Shown here in pieces: positions 40,461 to 53,211 of a stretch of 64,000 nucleotides of DNA. How positions within the stretch are numbered: the first letter of the stretch is position 1; each line of letters opens with the position of its first letter. Source of the DNA: Lingula anatina (lineage: Eukaryota > Animalia > Brachiopoda); assembly GCA_051362555.1 (NCBI GenBank), contig CM120643.1, positions 12,312,644 to 12,376,643 of the forward strand. Reading direction: 5' to 3'. Under the pieces are notes generated by a model. It worked only from the letters and a program-made list of their open reading frames with translations. It was not told where the DNA came from and did not search any database. The translations under genes and the position numbers were made by a program.

Positions 40461-41863
40461 TAGGCTAAATGCATAAATATACTACAATGATATTTACAGG
40501 CTAACCAATTTATTATAAATATACTTCCAGATCCTCAGTAAGAAATGGTAGTAAGATTAAAAAAAGAATTTATAGTAGGTCTGTTTGAAACCAGGTACCC
40601 GCGATCTCTGCTTTTTAAATTGTATATTCAAAGATAAGGTATACTTCCAATTTGTAACACTATTATCGTCGTGGGCTAACCCTTGAAAAAATAATGATAA
40701 AGCATTTTAATTAAAAATAAAAAATGAAAAAAGAAGAATGAAAAAACTGTGAACATATATCATGGTAGCATTTGTAATTGAGGAAATAAAAAAGATAATT
40801 GTAACTGTTAGTGAATCCATTTTATATGTATTGCACTCCTGCGTGCAACTCAAAGAAATGAAATCATAGGTGCAGATTTCATATTCGGATACTGTACAAA
40901 ACAAACAAACGGACGTTAATTAATGTATTGTAGTCGTACCTGGCAAAATACGCGGTGCATGTACACAAATCCCATCACCTGCCATTGGGCTAATCCTCAT
41001 TACAACGGCAATTAAGACAACAATGCCTCAATATACGCCAGCAGCGGGTTGTTAGCCACTTTCATTGACCTGTATTAGTATGAGTTCACTATTGTTACGA
41101 ACCTGAACTGGACAGTTTATAACATGCTTGGACACTTTTGCGTCTTAATGTTATTTGTCAAAATACAAGGATCACCAGTGCGCATTGTTTGTCACAGACC
41201 ACGGGGAGGGTTGTAAGTGTTAAATATATAATCACAGGTGGGCGTGCGAGTCAATGGCACATGAGTGTCACTTAGGCAGGTGGACCAACTCCTCTACTCT
41301 GATTTCGATGTAGAACTAACCACTCCCTTCGGGATGTTTTTCAGTCGACCCGATTTCCACCCAAGTTGTTTTCATTGAATATATTCCCTCTGTACCGGCG
41401 CGTGGCAGCGCATTGTTCCGCGTGGCACGTGCGCAGGTACAAAGAGGACGTAATTTAACGAGGGTTCAGACAAATTAACCATAGGGGATTCAATGGAGCG
41501 ACTTAAGCACCTCCGTGTCAGGGATTTTGGAGTTCGATCTTGACTAATGTACTGAGTACTAAAATAACAAATCTCCAACGATTTTGCCTCTTTTTAATTA
41601 CGCCCATCAATTGAACCATTCAATGGCACAGAAATATATCTGCATAGCCAGTATTTTGTAAACATGACATGAAAATGAGAAAGACTTCTGCTCAAGATTT
41701 CAGAAAAACTTACAAATAATTTTATTCTCTTTTTCAAAAAAAATCCTTATCAATAAAGATGCTTATTTCTTTTCATTATATTCTAAAGTCTGTTTTGACA
41801 TTCCACAATACATTTGGTTTCATGATTAAAAATCCAAATAATAATAATAATAATAATAATAAT

Positions 41864-41901
<38 letters not shown>

Positions 41902-43669
41902 AAAATATTTCATTACTGCTGTAAACGTGGATGGAACAATTTCATTGTAACTCAATAAATCACAGCAACCGTGATTATATATAATCAGCTGAAAACGGGA
42001 TGTAACTAGAAGCTCATTATAGTTCTTTTACAAGCACAATTTTTACTCGAAGAGCATACTGGAACATAATTACACATGTTAAGTAGAACACAGTAAGCAG
42101 AATTCACATCCATCTAAGAACGCTAGCATCAGCTTTAGAAAAGAGCTGTCAGGTCTTCTGTTGATAATGATCACAGTTGCAGGTTAAGTGTAGTTCAACC
42201 CCTGTTTTATCGCAAAAGTGGCAGAAGCGTTTATTGTAGGCCATAAGGATGTTTTGTACATGTGTGTGCGGTACATGTACCTTTGCCACTCAGTGAGACA
42301 GTGGCGGTTACGGTCTGTATATTGACAGCTTGTCTAGTGCAACCCCACCCCCCCCTCCCCGGGGAAGAACCCACAATAGAGTTGTTTTTTTTTTTTTTTT
42401 GCTTATTCTGTGCAAGAAAGTCCATAGTTCATTCGTTTAAAAGTCTCCCCGTGCCGTTTCTTTAAATCAGCAATTCAACCATAGTGAACTGTTTGTTTCT
42501 GCAAAAGCTGCTGTCTCAAGCTCTATTTCAACGTTCTGTCCAAGCCTTGTCGCTTTTGATTCTCCCGTGGGTATAGACATGGTTGTATTCGATAGTGTAC
42601 GGCGATGGAATCGCAGGTCCGTTGTGAGATCCGTTCTCACCATGAAGACAACTTGTACACGCCATGTTGACGACAACTTTGGCATCTCTAACACAGAGAA
42701 CGGAAAGCGGAACGAACACGCACGCAGACAAACGGAAGCATTATGACACGTACTACATGTAGTGCGTGCGCCTACTTGTGCCTACACAGTCGCAGAGTCA
42801 CAGAAACAGTTGTGAAATAAGTAGATCAAGTACATGCATGCATAAATGAGAAAGACAAAAACATTTGGTTGAATGAAAAAAAAAGATGGAGAAAAAGAAA
42901 TTTTCTAGTTTCTCATATTCTTACACGGTATTCCTTTGCGCCATGACTGACCGCTCTCTATGTTACATGTACTTCTTTCATTCATTCATTCGTTTTTGCT
43001 TTTCTCTCCATATCTATGAATAGACTATTGACGTTTCTTTCATGACCTCCCCATTTTATTTTTCAAATCAAGTTTCTAGTGAAAATATTATTTTATTAAC
43101 AATCTTAACTATATTTTCATTTGTCTTCTACATGTATTTTAGGAAGTGGCCAGATCCAGTTATGGCAATTTCTTTTGGAGCTTCTCTCCGACAGTGGCAA
43201 CTCAAACTGCATACAGTGGGAGGGCACCAACGGTGAATTCAAGCTCTCCGATCCCGACGAGGTGGCTAGACGCTGGGGAGAACGCAAGAGCAAACCAAAC
43301 ATGAACTACGACAAGCTGAGCCGAGCTCTACGCTACTATTACGACAAGAACATCATGACAAAAGTCCACGGGAAACGTTACGCGTACAAGTTCGATTTTG
43401 CCGGGCTAGCTCAAGCTATGCAGCCGGCTACTGCAGACCCAACCTCTGCCTTCAAATATCAGCAAGATCTGTTCATGTCAAGCTATGCGAATTCGAAACT
43501 AAACTTCATGAATGCACATGGCCCAATCTCAAGTTCAGCAGCAGCATCCGGTTTCTTTTCTCACTCGTCCTATTGGCCAAGCGGGGGCTACACGAATCTG
43601 TCCAATCACCACGCGATGACTCATCATCCTGGTCATATGACGTCACATTTGGGCTCTTATTATTCGTAA
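32052..43669 (+). CDS. ERG: ERG/FLI1-subfamily ETS transcription factor, paralog A (277 aa, no PNT domain in this model)
   Basis: Exons 32052-32172, 35330-35383, 38042-38125, 38516-38563, 43143-43669, all phase-1 GT-AG introns, 834 nt. ETS domain [15 protein letters not shown]...[36 protein letters not shown]; pre-[20 protein letters not shown] (cf. vertebrate ERG/FLI1 DPYQILGPTSSRLANPG); C-terminal SHLGSYY. The symbol denotes the subfamily, not 1:1 orthology. Confidence 0.9.
34187..34411. repeat. G-rich 28-bp minisatellite, 8 units
   Basis: Consensus tattaaccccagggnntgggtgtgtggg. Confidence 0.92.
34972..35130. repeat. Diverged ~83-bp tandem duplication
   Basis: catgttcctt...ttattttatacaYtatctcca...ttaac twice. 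Confidence 0.7.
35216..35283. repeat. Compound (GT)n(GA)n microsatellite
   Basis: Directly visible, ~46 nt upstream of the 54-nt ERG-like exon. Confidence 0.93.
35330..35383 (+). CDS. ERG: ERG-like A exon (54 nt)
   Basis: ttacag|AT...G|gtgagc; [18 protein letters not shown], resembles FLI1 DPSY...AW. Confidence 0.8.
38042..38125 (+). CDS. ERG: ERG-like A exon (84 nt)
   Basis: ttccag|CG...G|gtgagt; [28 protein letters not shown]. Confidence 0.82.
38516..38563 (+). CDS. ERG: ERG-like A exon (48 nt, pre-ETS)
   Basis: tttcag|AT...G|gtgagt; [16 protein letters not shown]. Confidence 0.9.
40413..40461. repeat. (AAT)n microsatellite
   Basis: Directly visible. Confidence 0.93.
43143..43669 (+). 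CDS. ERG: ERG-like A terminal exon: ETS domain + C-terminal tail
   Basis: ttttag|GA AGT GGC CAG; full ETS domain; stop TAA 43667-43669. Confidence 0.97.
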
Positions 43670-45563
43670 CTCTAAACTTCGCCATCTATAATTTAATAAA
43701 ACATTACTTATCATAAGAAAGAACACTATCAAAACTGTGATTGAAGCAATCAAAACATTCCAAAGAATTTCGTTATTTGTGAATGGTTATATTTTAATAC
43801 TGACACAAGTGCAATCGAACCTCCACGTGCCGAGAGAGAGAGCGTGCTGCTGACGTAATATTCAAAAACGCCTCTTTTGAAGTAAAGAACATGTACTTAT
43901 ATTACGGCATAGCCTTATATGTGTCCGAAACAAACGCGTCTTCTTTTGGAAGAGGGAATATCATGGTTAATTTACAAAAGTCTGCTTGTATGGATTCCTG
44001 TTTAAGGAAAACAGCGACAAAGAGGGACATGTGCAATTATTTATTTTCATCATAATTCAAACCTTTAAAAGTGCAATGAGAACTTGAGATGCGTGTATTG
44101 AAATAGGACCTGCGTTGTGAGTTTTCCAGTAGGGAAAAGCTGCAAGGTAAAGTAATTTGCAAGACATTTTTGTGTTTGAAAACGATATGAATATACATAT
44201 ATAGCTTGTAAACGTATGTTGACTATTTAGAGTTAATTAGATTCAGGTATGAGAAGTTAGATTAAAGCAGCGTTGACGTTGCTGACGTAGCTATAGTTGG
44301 CGTGTGCCGGTCACAAATGCTAATATGGTGGCTAGCGTAGACGTTTCAAATGACGTCACATTAGCCTCAACATCGCCATTTCATCAATGGGAATAATGGG
44401 TAGGCATAGAAATAGATGGCGCCATTTTTTTCAATATTTGATTCCCTAATTTGTCAAGCCCAGGTTTCTTTTTGATACTGGTAGCATTATAGTATCACGT
44501 TGAATGTGGTTGTCGAGAACGAGACTTTAACTCGGAAAGCTTCAAAATGTGTGTTGAATATGCTGAGGAAAAATCTTATAAACTTAAATAATTAATCAAT
44601 GGCATCAAAGAGATATAATCAAATGTGTCTACCAACCAGTTAGGTAATTTTTATTCCATATAGTTAATCAAGAAATTATTTTGCTGAGACCACAATGTAT
44701 TTGATGTTTCGTTTTTTCCTCTTTGTTACAAGCTACAACACTTTGATTTTTCATATATCTTTTGGATTGAAAAAATCTGGGGATTAATATAACATAGAAG
44801 TAACAAAGAGATGTGAATTCAATTGGATCTCATTTCAATCAGATGGGATATATTATTATTATAATTTTGACCTGTTGGCGGCAAAAGTTTTTTCAGAATA
44901 TGGAATTCAGATTTAGTTTCAACCACTGATGTTTTAGAGAGACCAGACTTGTTGTTGTTGTCTTCTTGCCATTTACTAAAAGTAATTTGTAATGGATGTT
45001 TCAAAGCTTCTGAAAAAACTTTAAAGTGACAAAATAATACAATAAATTAAAGACTAACAAAGCTTATTTTAAGTCTTCTGCGAAAAAATCTATTTGTTTT
45101 GATTTGATGGAGCCGTAAGAAGACAAACATAAAATCAACGTCATAATGAAATTATATTGAAATGAAAAGAAAACTGCCAATAAAGCAGTTTTGAACATTA
45201 CAAAATGTGCTAGCTTAAACATAGCAATTCATTACTCCCAACCAGTTGCCCTTCTAGTTGTTCTACATGTAGCAGTTACAGAATTGGTGGCTTTTGTGAC
45301 GGATAAAAGGGCTACTGGTCGAGAGAAGCAATTTGCTCAGAAGACCACGAAATGCTACTTCTGTGTCCATTAACGATATTGTATACATGCACGTTAACGT
45401 TTGTTTGTGTGAAACAACGAATTGATGCAAATTTTGTTCAAGCACCCACAACCGTATGTTTTTTAAGCATTTCAGAAAAAGCATGGTAACTTCATATTTG
45501 TTTGTAATCTTTAATTCGTTAATCAACTTCTTGATCGTTTGGTCATTATGGCACCTGTAATTC

Positions 45564-45565
<2 letters not shown>

Positions 45566-45644
<79 letters not shown>
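45566..45644. repeat. (TA)n microsatellite
   Basis: Directly visible. Confidence 0.95.
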
Positions 45645-45646
<2 letters not shown>

Positions 45647-48600
45647 AAACGGCTGTTATTGGTTATTATGTATGGAGGACATTGCAATTTAACAAGAAAA
45701 TCATTGTTCAGATCACGTGACTCGCTTACTTTATTAAATCCAAATCCATAGATGGCAGTCACTAGGTATCATCATTCTGTGACCTTTTACAAAACACTAA
45801 TTATCAAGACATTGGGTTTATCTCTAGTGCCATATTGAAAAAAAAAACTAAGCTCTTTCGAAGTATGAAAATATTAGTTAATGTATTCCATATTTTTTTC
45901 TTTATATTGTTATCTTATTATTGCTCATTTATCCATTGTCGATAATATCATTATTGTGTAAGTTACTTTACTATCAGTATACCGTTAGCACAACAGCTTA
46001 GTTTTAAATTATGACTTAGCTTTTAAAACGTCGGTTCCCATGTGGAAAAAGAGATTAAGACATGACTTTATAATTAGATAACTATTTCTAAACTACGCTG
46101 AGCTCCGTCCGCCCTCTTTATATAATGAGATACATTTGCGCATATGGGGATCTTTTTTGAGGATACATTATGAAGTGGGAGTAACTGTCCTGTAAAGTAT
46201 ATGGATTATTAGTGCCAATTTTTTTTTCTACACGAAACATACAGCCAAAATTAATCTCTGGGACAGCAGAAAATGATTAATAACTGCACCTCCTTAAATT
46301 TTCTGGTAATAAACTTAAGCTGTTTATTTCTTTTCCAGCCCGTAAAACGCAGAAAGTATGCAGATAGTTTATGTCCCTATAACAATTTTGGGAAATAATG
46401 TAACGAAATTTTGTGGTATTTCTTAAGTTATCCTTATTGAAAGTACATGTGTATAGTAGCATTTTTTGGTCGGGTTTTTGAATTCGCTTGGCAAGAATCT
46501 TTAAATGTTACTTTAGAGACTGGGAATTTACACAGTTGTTGCTACATGAATGCGGAGGATGAGCAGTATTTTCAAATGTTTTAAGTTTGGAAATATAAGT
46601 AATTAAGGTATATTATACTTTCAACACCTTGCTGTTGTAGAGTGGACGATTCGAGCCTGGGTCAGTTTTTAGGCTCAGGCCTAATTCGCTTGATTTCGAA
46701 GTATTTCAATATTTATCACACCTGGACTATTCTCCATTTTTTGTTGCTTTTTGTATATTTTGCAGCTGTAATGGCGGAACAACGATTATGCCAATACCTC
46801 TCAAAATCAGAATACCTAATAAATAGGCTCTATTTCCCCCCTTCTCGTCGACGACTATGTTTTGAATAATTAGGTTGTAATATTTTTTTACACAGGTGAC
46901 CAAATGAAATAAAAGACGCTAATTACGATTAGTTTGAAGCCCGTAATGTACCGGTATATCATCTCACTGGGCATGACTGAAAGGCACTAGTTCAAGTAGT
47001 TGGTTAGATGCTGTCTTTGCTGAAAATATCAAGACGTACATTTTGTCATATTTCACAAAGTCAAGTTACCATCCTGCTATGGAGCGTGGTATACAGTATT
47101 TGAAAGTTCGTTTTGTATATATTTTTGTACTTTGTATTTTTCATCATTTGACGTAATAGTATTTATTATCAAAGCAATTTGAGGGAGACAAGAGGATTAT
47201 TTTTTGGGCAATTTTATGAACGACCCCTTGCACCTTTCACTTGTAATTAGATGTTCCCATTTGAAGACGATGTTATGAATTTCCGAATTGCTAATAAAAT
47301 GCGGTGAAATGTAAAATATTTGTTCGTGTTTCACAGTTTCTTCAGCAAGGACATTAGGGACAAATCCTGTCCTCCCACTTCATTTTAGTTCCCTGTGTTT
47401 TTAACTCCGCTTTTGCCTTCTTGTTGTTGTGTGTCTTGAGAGAAAAAACTTAAAAAAAACTTTTTACGGCGAGTGGAGCAGTTTTCTGTATCATGCCCAT
47501 TTGGGAGATTGCCAAATTCGTAGCCTGGCTATGACTACTAAACAGAGATTTCCCCCTCAACCCCCCCCCCCCCCCCAGTCTACATTACCAGTTATCTGGA
47601 TTAATTTTGATTGGTGCAAAACCTCCCCTAGAGTAATTGCAAGATAGGCCAGTCATACGGGTGCGATACAGAAAACTGAACTGTAGACTCTTAGTCTGTG
47701 ATGTTGTTTGATTTTGTTGCCAAATATAAACGATATGAAACAAAGAGAAACGGAATTCCCCTTTACACAAAAGAGTCGGAGATTTAAACAATAAGCATTA
47801 TACTTTTGAGAAATGCTAGTTTATTGCATAAGGTCACTTGGATCATTAAATCAGCTTAATCCTGTGCCCGGTAAAGGTGAAGTTAGCTTAATGAAATCCT
47901 TAATCAACTTTAAAGATACATTCCTTTGAACGGCATCAAACGTCATACCCACTGCGCTGTCTTTCCGTAACTACAGGCAAAATTACATCTCTTGGGGTGA
48001 TTCTTATTTTTGACTGAGCTCTGATTTTTTCGCTGATAAGCATTTTTGAAGGAGACAATGTGATAAACCTATCAAACGCATTGTTCATATTATAATATTT
48101 ATAAACCAAAAAAATGTCGAGAGCGTCAGATTTGCATGAATATAGAAATCCTGACAGGAATAGGAGATAATGTCCGGTTATTAGGTAATACATACAGTTG
48201 TACATGCCCATATTAAGTCTCTCTATTAGCACGCAAAAGGTATTTTTTGCAGTGTCTTTATGAATCTTTTGCAAATAAGAGGGAGAGAGATTGCTTATAT
48301 ATTTTTGATAAAAACATCTTATAGCTGAAATTGAATACATTTGAGAAAAAGAACCGCGAACGAAATGTTTACATTAAACAAAATTATCATGCGGGCATTC
48401 TTTGAACTGTGTTCACCAGTGACCCGTTCGGCTGCGAAACTCTCAAGCAGCACCTAATGTGCCCGCGCCCGGGTAATTGTAGTGGTAAAGATCAGGAATA
48501 TGGTCGGTGGGAAAAAACAAGATTGAATAGTAGCAATTAGCACGAAGATTAACGAACCAGTATCACTAACTAAAGGTATAACCACGTTAATCGCAGTTCT

Positions 48601-49810
48601 CACGACCGCCCTTAATCTTTGAGCAATCAATCAATTTATCAATTATGAATAAGAAAAGGTAATAGACGCGGGCGGTCATCTTACTGCGGTACCCGCACCT
48701 TCGACGTGCCTGACATTATTGATGTTATCAACTCGTACGGTTAGCAAATCAACGCTAGAGCCAACATGGAATAAAGTTTTTTAATTAAAGGTGTGAGTAT
48801 GTCAGACACCGTCCACGCGCGCGTCGCACAGTGAAGAAAACCACCCAAAGAAATCCACAAGCCTGCTAACGGACTCGAGCTGGCGTGTCATTTATCTGGA
48901 AAAGCAATTTAGGCGTCACTATGTGTGTACGATGACATCCTATTAGTGTCGTTATGAGCCATTATTGTTATTGTGTGACGTGAAACAATAAAAACAGACG
49001 ACGTTTAATGGCGCGGGTTTAGTTTCAGGAATTACGCATGCGTACGCGCTTCGAAAATTGGACTCCGCACGTGCGAGAGCGACGGCGTGCACTATTGTTG
49101 CTCATTACCAATAAGCGAGGTAGCAAGGAATTTTTTGCCTAGATTGCGGGTTTCAAGCTCCTTGAAGCTGTCGGCACGTTGTTGCCATATTACCCAGCGC
49201 GGGGCGCCGCGTGCTGCACTTCTCGCACCTGCGCGCATCGCGAGATGAGGCTGCAGGGCCGCACGCAGAAGATAATGGGCTCTTTACCTTTCATGGACAC
49301 TGCAATAAATCAGAGAGATTAGCTATGAATACATTTGACCTGTAACGAACCATTGTGAACTTAAGGAGTTTTGTTGCGGTAGATTAACAAAGGACTCTTC
49401 GTTGCACTGTGACTTTGCATGGTCTACCCGACATGACTTGACATTGGCAAGAAAAGAAATCGCGTTCGCGTACGCTTGATTTGCCCTTAAATAATAATAA
49501 TAAAAAACGATTAACAAAAAAGAATATGCTAAAACAGGACGAATATGAAGAACATGACAACAAAAGAATTCAATGTACTTTAAGACAGCTACTGTAACCA
49601 ACTGACAAAAAAATCGAACTAGATGTATCTAAGAAACTAGAAAATTAGGCCTACTAGATTTTAAGTTAATTCATTTATTTCCGACTTCATAAATCTTTGT
49701 CATTTTAAACAGGTGGGAGAAATAGAAAGCTATAAAATTGGAATATGCAGGATATTAAATTTTCCAATGTTGACTTCTCTTTGTCGTTCAATCCATCAAA
49801 ATATTTGCGA

Positions 49811-50054
49811 TGTATGTCTTCAAGGAGTCGTTTTAAAATCCTATTATTACAAGCCACAGTGAATAAAGGGTTGATTCTATGTATATGTATAATAGAAACA
49901 TGTAGGAGAGAACAGATTTAACACCCGGCAAATGAAAAATTGAAATGTTTGAGTATTTTTGATGATTATTTTTGCAAATCGTTAATAATACTTGTCCTAA
50001 AATGTCATTGAGTTATAATAAGAGGATTTTAAAACGACTCCTTGAAGGCATACA
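49811..50054. mobile_element. MITE-like element with ~32-40-bp inverted arms
   Basis: TGTATGTCTTCAAGGAGTCGTTTTAAAATCCT ... AGGATTTTAAAACGACTCCTTGAAGGCATACA. Confidence 0.75.
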
Positions 50055-53000
50055 AAAGACACAATGTGTCATGAATAAAGAGGTTAATTTCAAAACAGTC
50101 CTTTTGTAGAGCGTGGAGTTATGTACATTCTAACCTCAAATTATATAGAAACAGGTTGTAATTTACTTTGATTTACAGTACGCCCCGCAGGCCGTGGTTT
50201 TTTATGTAATGTGTTTTGTATTTGTTAAATGCCTAAACGCAAACTAGAATATTAATTTTCGCCACAAAATAATATTTGTCAAACATTCTCAAACATTTCT
50301 AGCATGTAAAGCTTTTGATCAATACATTAAGAATAAATTTCTGAGTAATGGGCCTAAGACATCATTATAATATGGGTGTTTTTACAAAAGAAAAATAAAT
50401 GGACGAAAAATGAATACATGTTTCTTCCGTTAGGTCCCGGGTGTAAATTTTCTAAAAAAATATTGGAACTTATTTCTTTACTATGAGCAAAACGAATATA
50501 TATTTTTTATTTTTTAATCATAAAAAACAAATGCTATTTGACTCTACCCATTCTTAAATATCAATTGTTTAAAAAGTAATAATCTTGTATGCTGATTTTT
50601 TAAAGACTATCAATGAGATAGTAATTTCCAAAATTAACCAGTGTTTTCAGATTGCGTAAATAAAAATATACAACGTTTCTGACACAACTTGGTCTTTCTG
50701 ATGCTTTAATTACTGTTCCATTGTTCAACTTTTTCCTTTTTTTTCTTTCTTTTTTCTTTTTTTTTTTTTTTTGTGAAACGTGGAGTCACTGGAAACTTTC
50801 TAGGCGAATATCTGCATATATCAATGAGAATGATTAAGTGCATTGGGGGGGGGGGGGGGGATTGTATTCAACTTTGTGCTGATTTTTGAAAACAAGAATT
50901 TTTAACGTTTGAGAAAATTTGAGCAATGGACACTGAAGTGAAGGGCTCCACGTTGCCTCAACACGTTGAGATGGATTTCTCCACGTCGCACAATTAGACA
51001 ATTTGATAGGGGGTAATGTTTCTTTTTTTAATGAAAATTATTTTTCACGCAGATTATTCAAGTAAAAGCTAAAAATGTGTTGCAAGCGGCTGCCCGCTGC
51101 AAAGTTCATTTTTAAAACTATTCCAAAGTAGAAAATGAGCCTTATACAAGTCACTGTCGTAAAGCAGCCTTACAAGTGCATTAAAATATCCCATGTGTTC
51201 TTACTTTATTGCATTAAGTAAGATAACAATTATCTAAGACATGCTGATTGATATTAATATGTCATGTTATGATATTTATTATTATACTTATTTTATATAT
51301 GTATATATACTACTCGTATATTAGTGAGCCTGCAAATGTCAAACTATGTACACATTCAGTGCTCAATAAACATTGTTATAAAAGATAAGTATCTAGGTTT
51401 AACACGTTTTGTGTGGTGTAGACAGTAGATATATCAAAAATACATTGATTACGATAACTTGTCCACAAATATCATAACTATTCAAACACTAAAATCTTAA
51501 AGAAATGCGTCTTTTTGCGACTTGAACAATCATCGCAGCATCTTCCCACCTCTTGTAAGGATTTCGCAACGACTGATCTCCAAAGGAGAGAGAGCATATT
51601 GGATCCCGTAATCACTGCCAATATTTTCATCTGTTTAATATCTCTTGAATCTTTATTAGAAGGTGTCTTCTCTTGTTAATCAGCGACGATTAGGAGCGGC
51701 TGATAGTCAGCAACTGATGTCACTTTAATTGGTTCATCTAAATGGATTCGTAGCGTTCGCCGAGCCTTATGAAAACATGAAAGGAGAAATGTTCCTTATC
51801 GGATGACGAATTGACTTTTTTGATCACTGTTCCCGACGAAGAGTTGTGTTTATGAGACAGGCTAATGAAGAGATGATGGCCTTTTTCCTGGGAATCATCC
51901 CGGACACATTTACCCTTTTCCGGAAAACAATCGGGTTTTATGGGAGTTAGTTGTAGAGTTATGGGGATGGAGATGGTATGAGAGTGCATGGACTAGTATA
52001 TTTTCCTGACTCACCGTGGTGGGTATAAATCATCAATAGGGGATAAGTTGAAGATCAATCAAAAAAGGATTGAGGATGGAATGGCCCGATATCGAGGGCC
52101 GTTTTATAAGAAGCTGACAATAACCAAAGGAGGACATTACTATATGTGTATCTCTGCATGCAGTGAAACGAAATTCAATCTTAATTTGATACCAAAAGAA
52201 AACTCTTCTCCATTGTGCAGCCTATTAAAATAAGCCCTCCTTTACGTCTACATGTATCATTCACTTCATTTACTCCTTTGATGAATATGTAGTTATGATG
52301 CCCCATGTTCAAAATGTGCTAAAATGGATTTTTGAATTTCTGCGTTGGATATCACACAAGTATGGTGGCTCACAGAAAAAAAATCATGTCTAGGTTACAC
52401 TAAAAAGTCGCCGAGGCATAAACTGAGATTATTAGAATATTCTAATATCCCCTCCCCCTTGTGAGTCAGTAAACTGAATTAGAAAATCACATCTCTGGTT
52501 CTTCTGAATAATGTGCAACACTGTTTGATCAGGTGTAGAGAAAAGAATGCAAATCATTAAAATCAGCATGGAATATTTCCGCAAAGATAATGAATAATAA
52601 CAGACCAGCAAATTTAAAGGTGGCTAAGTTGAATATATCGGTCATAAAAAAAGAAGAAAAAGAAAGTAGAAGAAAAAAAAAAAACAAAATGCTTTTCTCT
52701 ATAGGAGGCAGGGCTAAAGTCTAAATTCTACAACTTTTCGGAAAACATCTTGCGACACGAATAAGAAAAAAACCTACTCCAAGCAAATCACTTTGAATTG
52801 AAAGAAAATAAAAGTTACTCCCAAAGCTGCATTTTGCGCACAATCACGGAGCTTTCAGCGCATCGATTGTGACAATAATGAATTGCTGGTCTCTCATTAG
52901 CGGTTATTACGTGGAATAACACTAAATCAATTCCTCACTTTCAGCTGAGCCCGGCCCGAGGATAAAATCAACAACAAAAACATTCCTGCTTCATCTCCGG

Positions 53001-53169
53001 TGCTTGATAAACATACTACAATTTAAGTTCTAAACAACAGATAGCGCAGTTGTAGAAATCATTCAGTGGGGTGAGAAATATGGTGCGTTAAATCTATCAG
53101 ATAGCTGTGAAAATTCATGACTGCCAAAGACGCTAGAGGTCTCTTAAGATAAACTTCTATTTATTTATT

Positions 53170-53211
<42 letters not shown>

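Noticed and set aside
43117-43302. Similar antisense ORFs at 43117-43302 and 63051-63260
   Set aside because: Shadow frames of the two ETS exons; their similarity follows from the paralogy.
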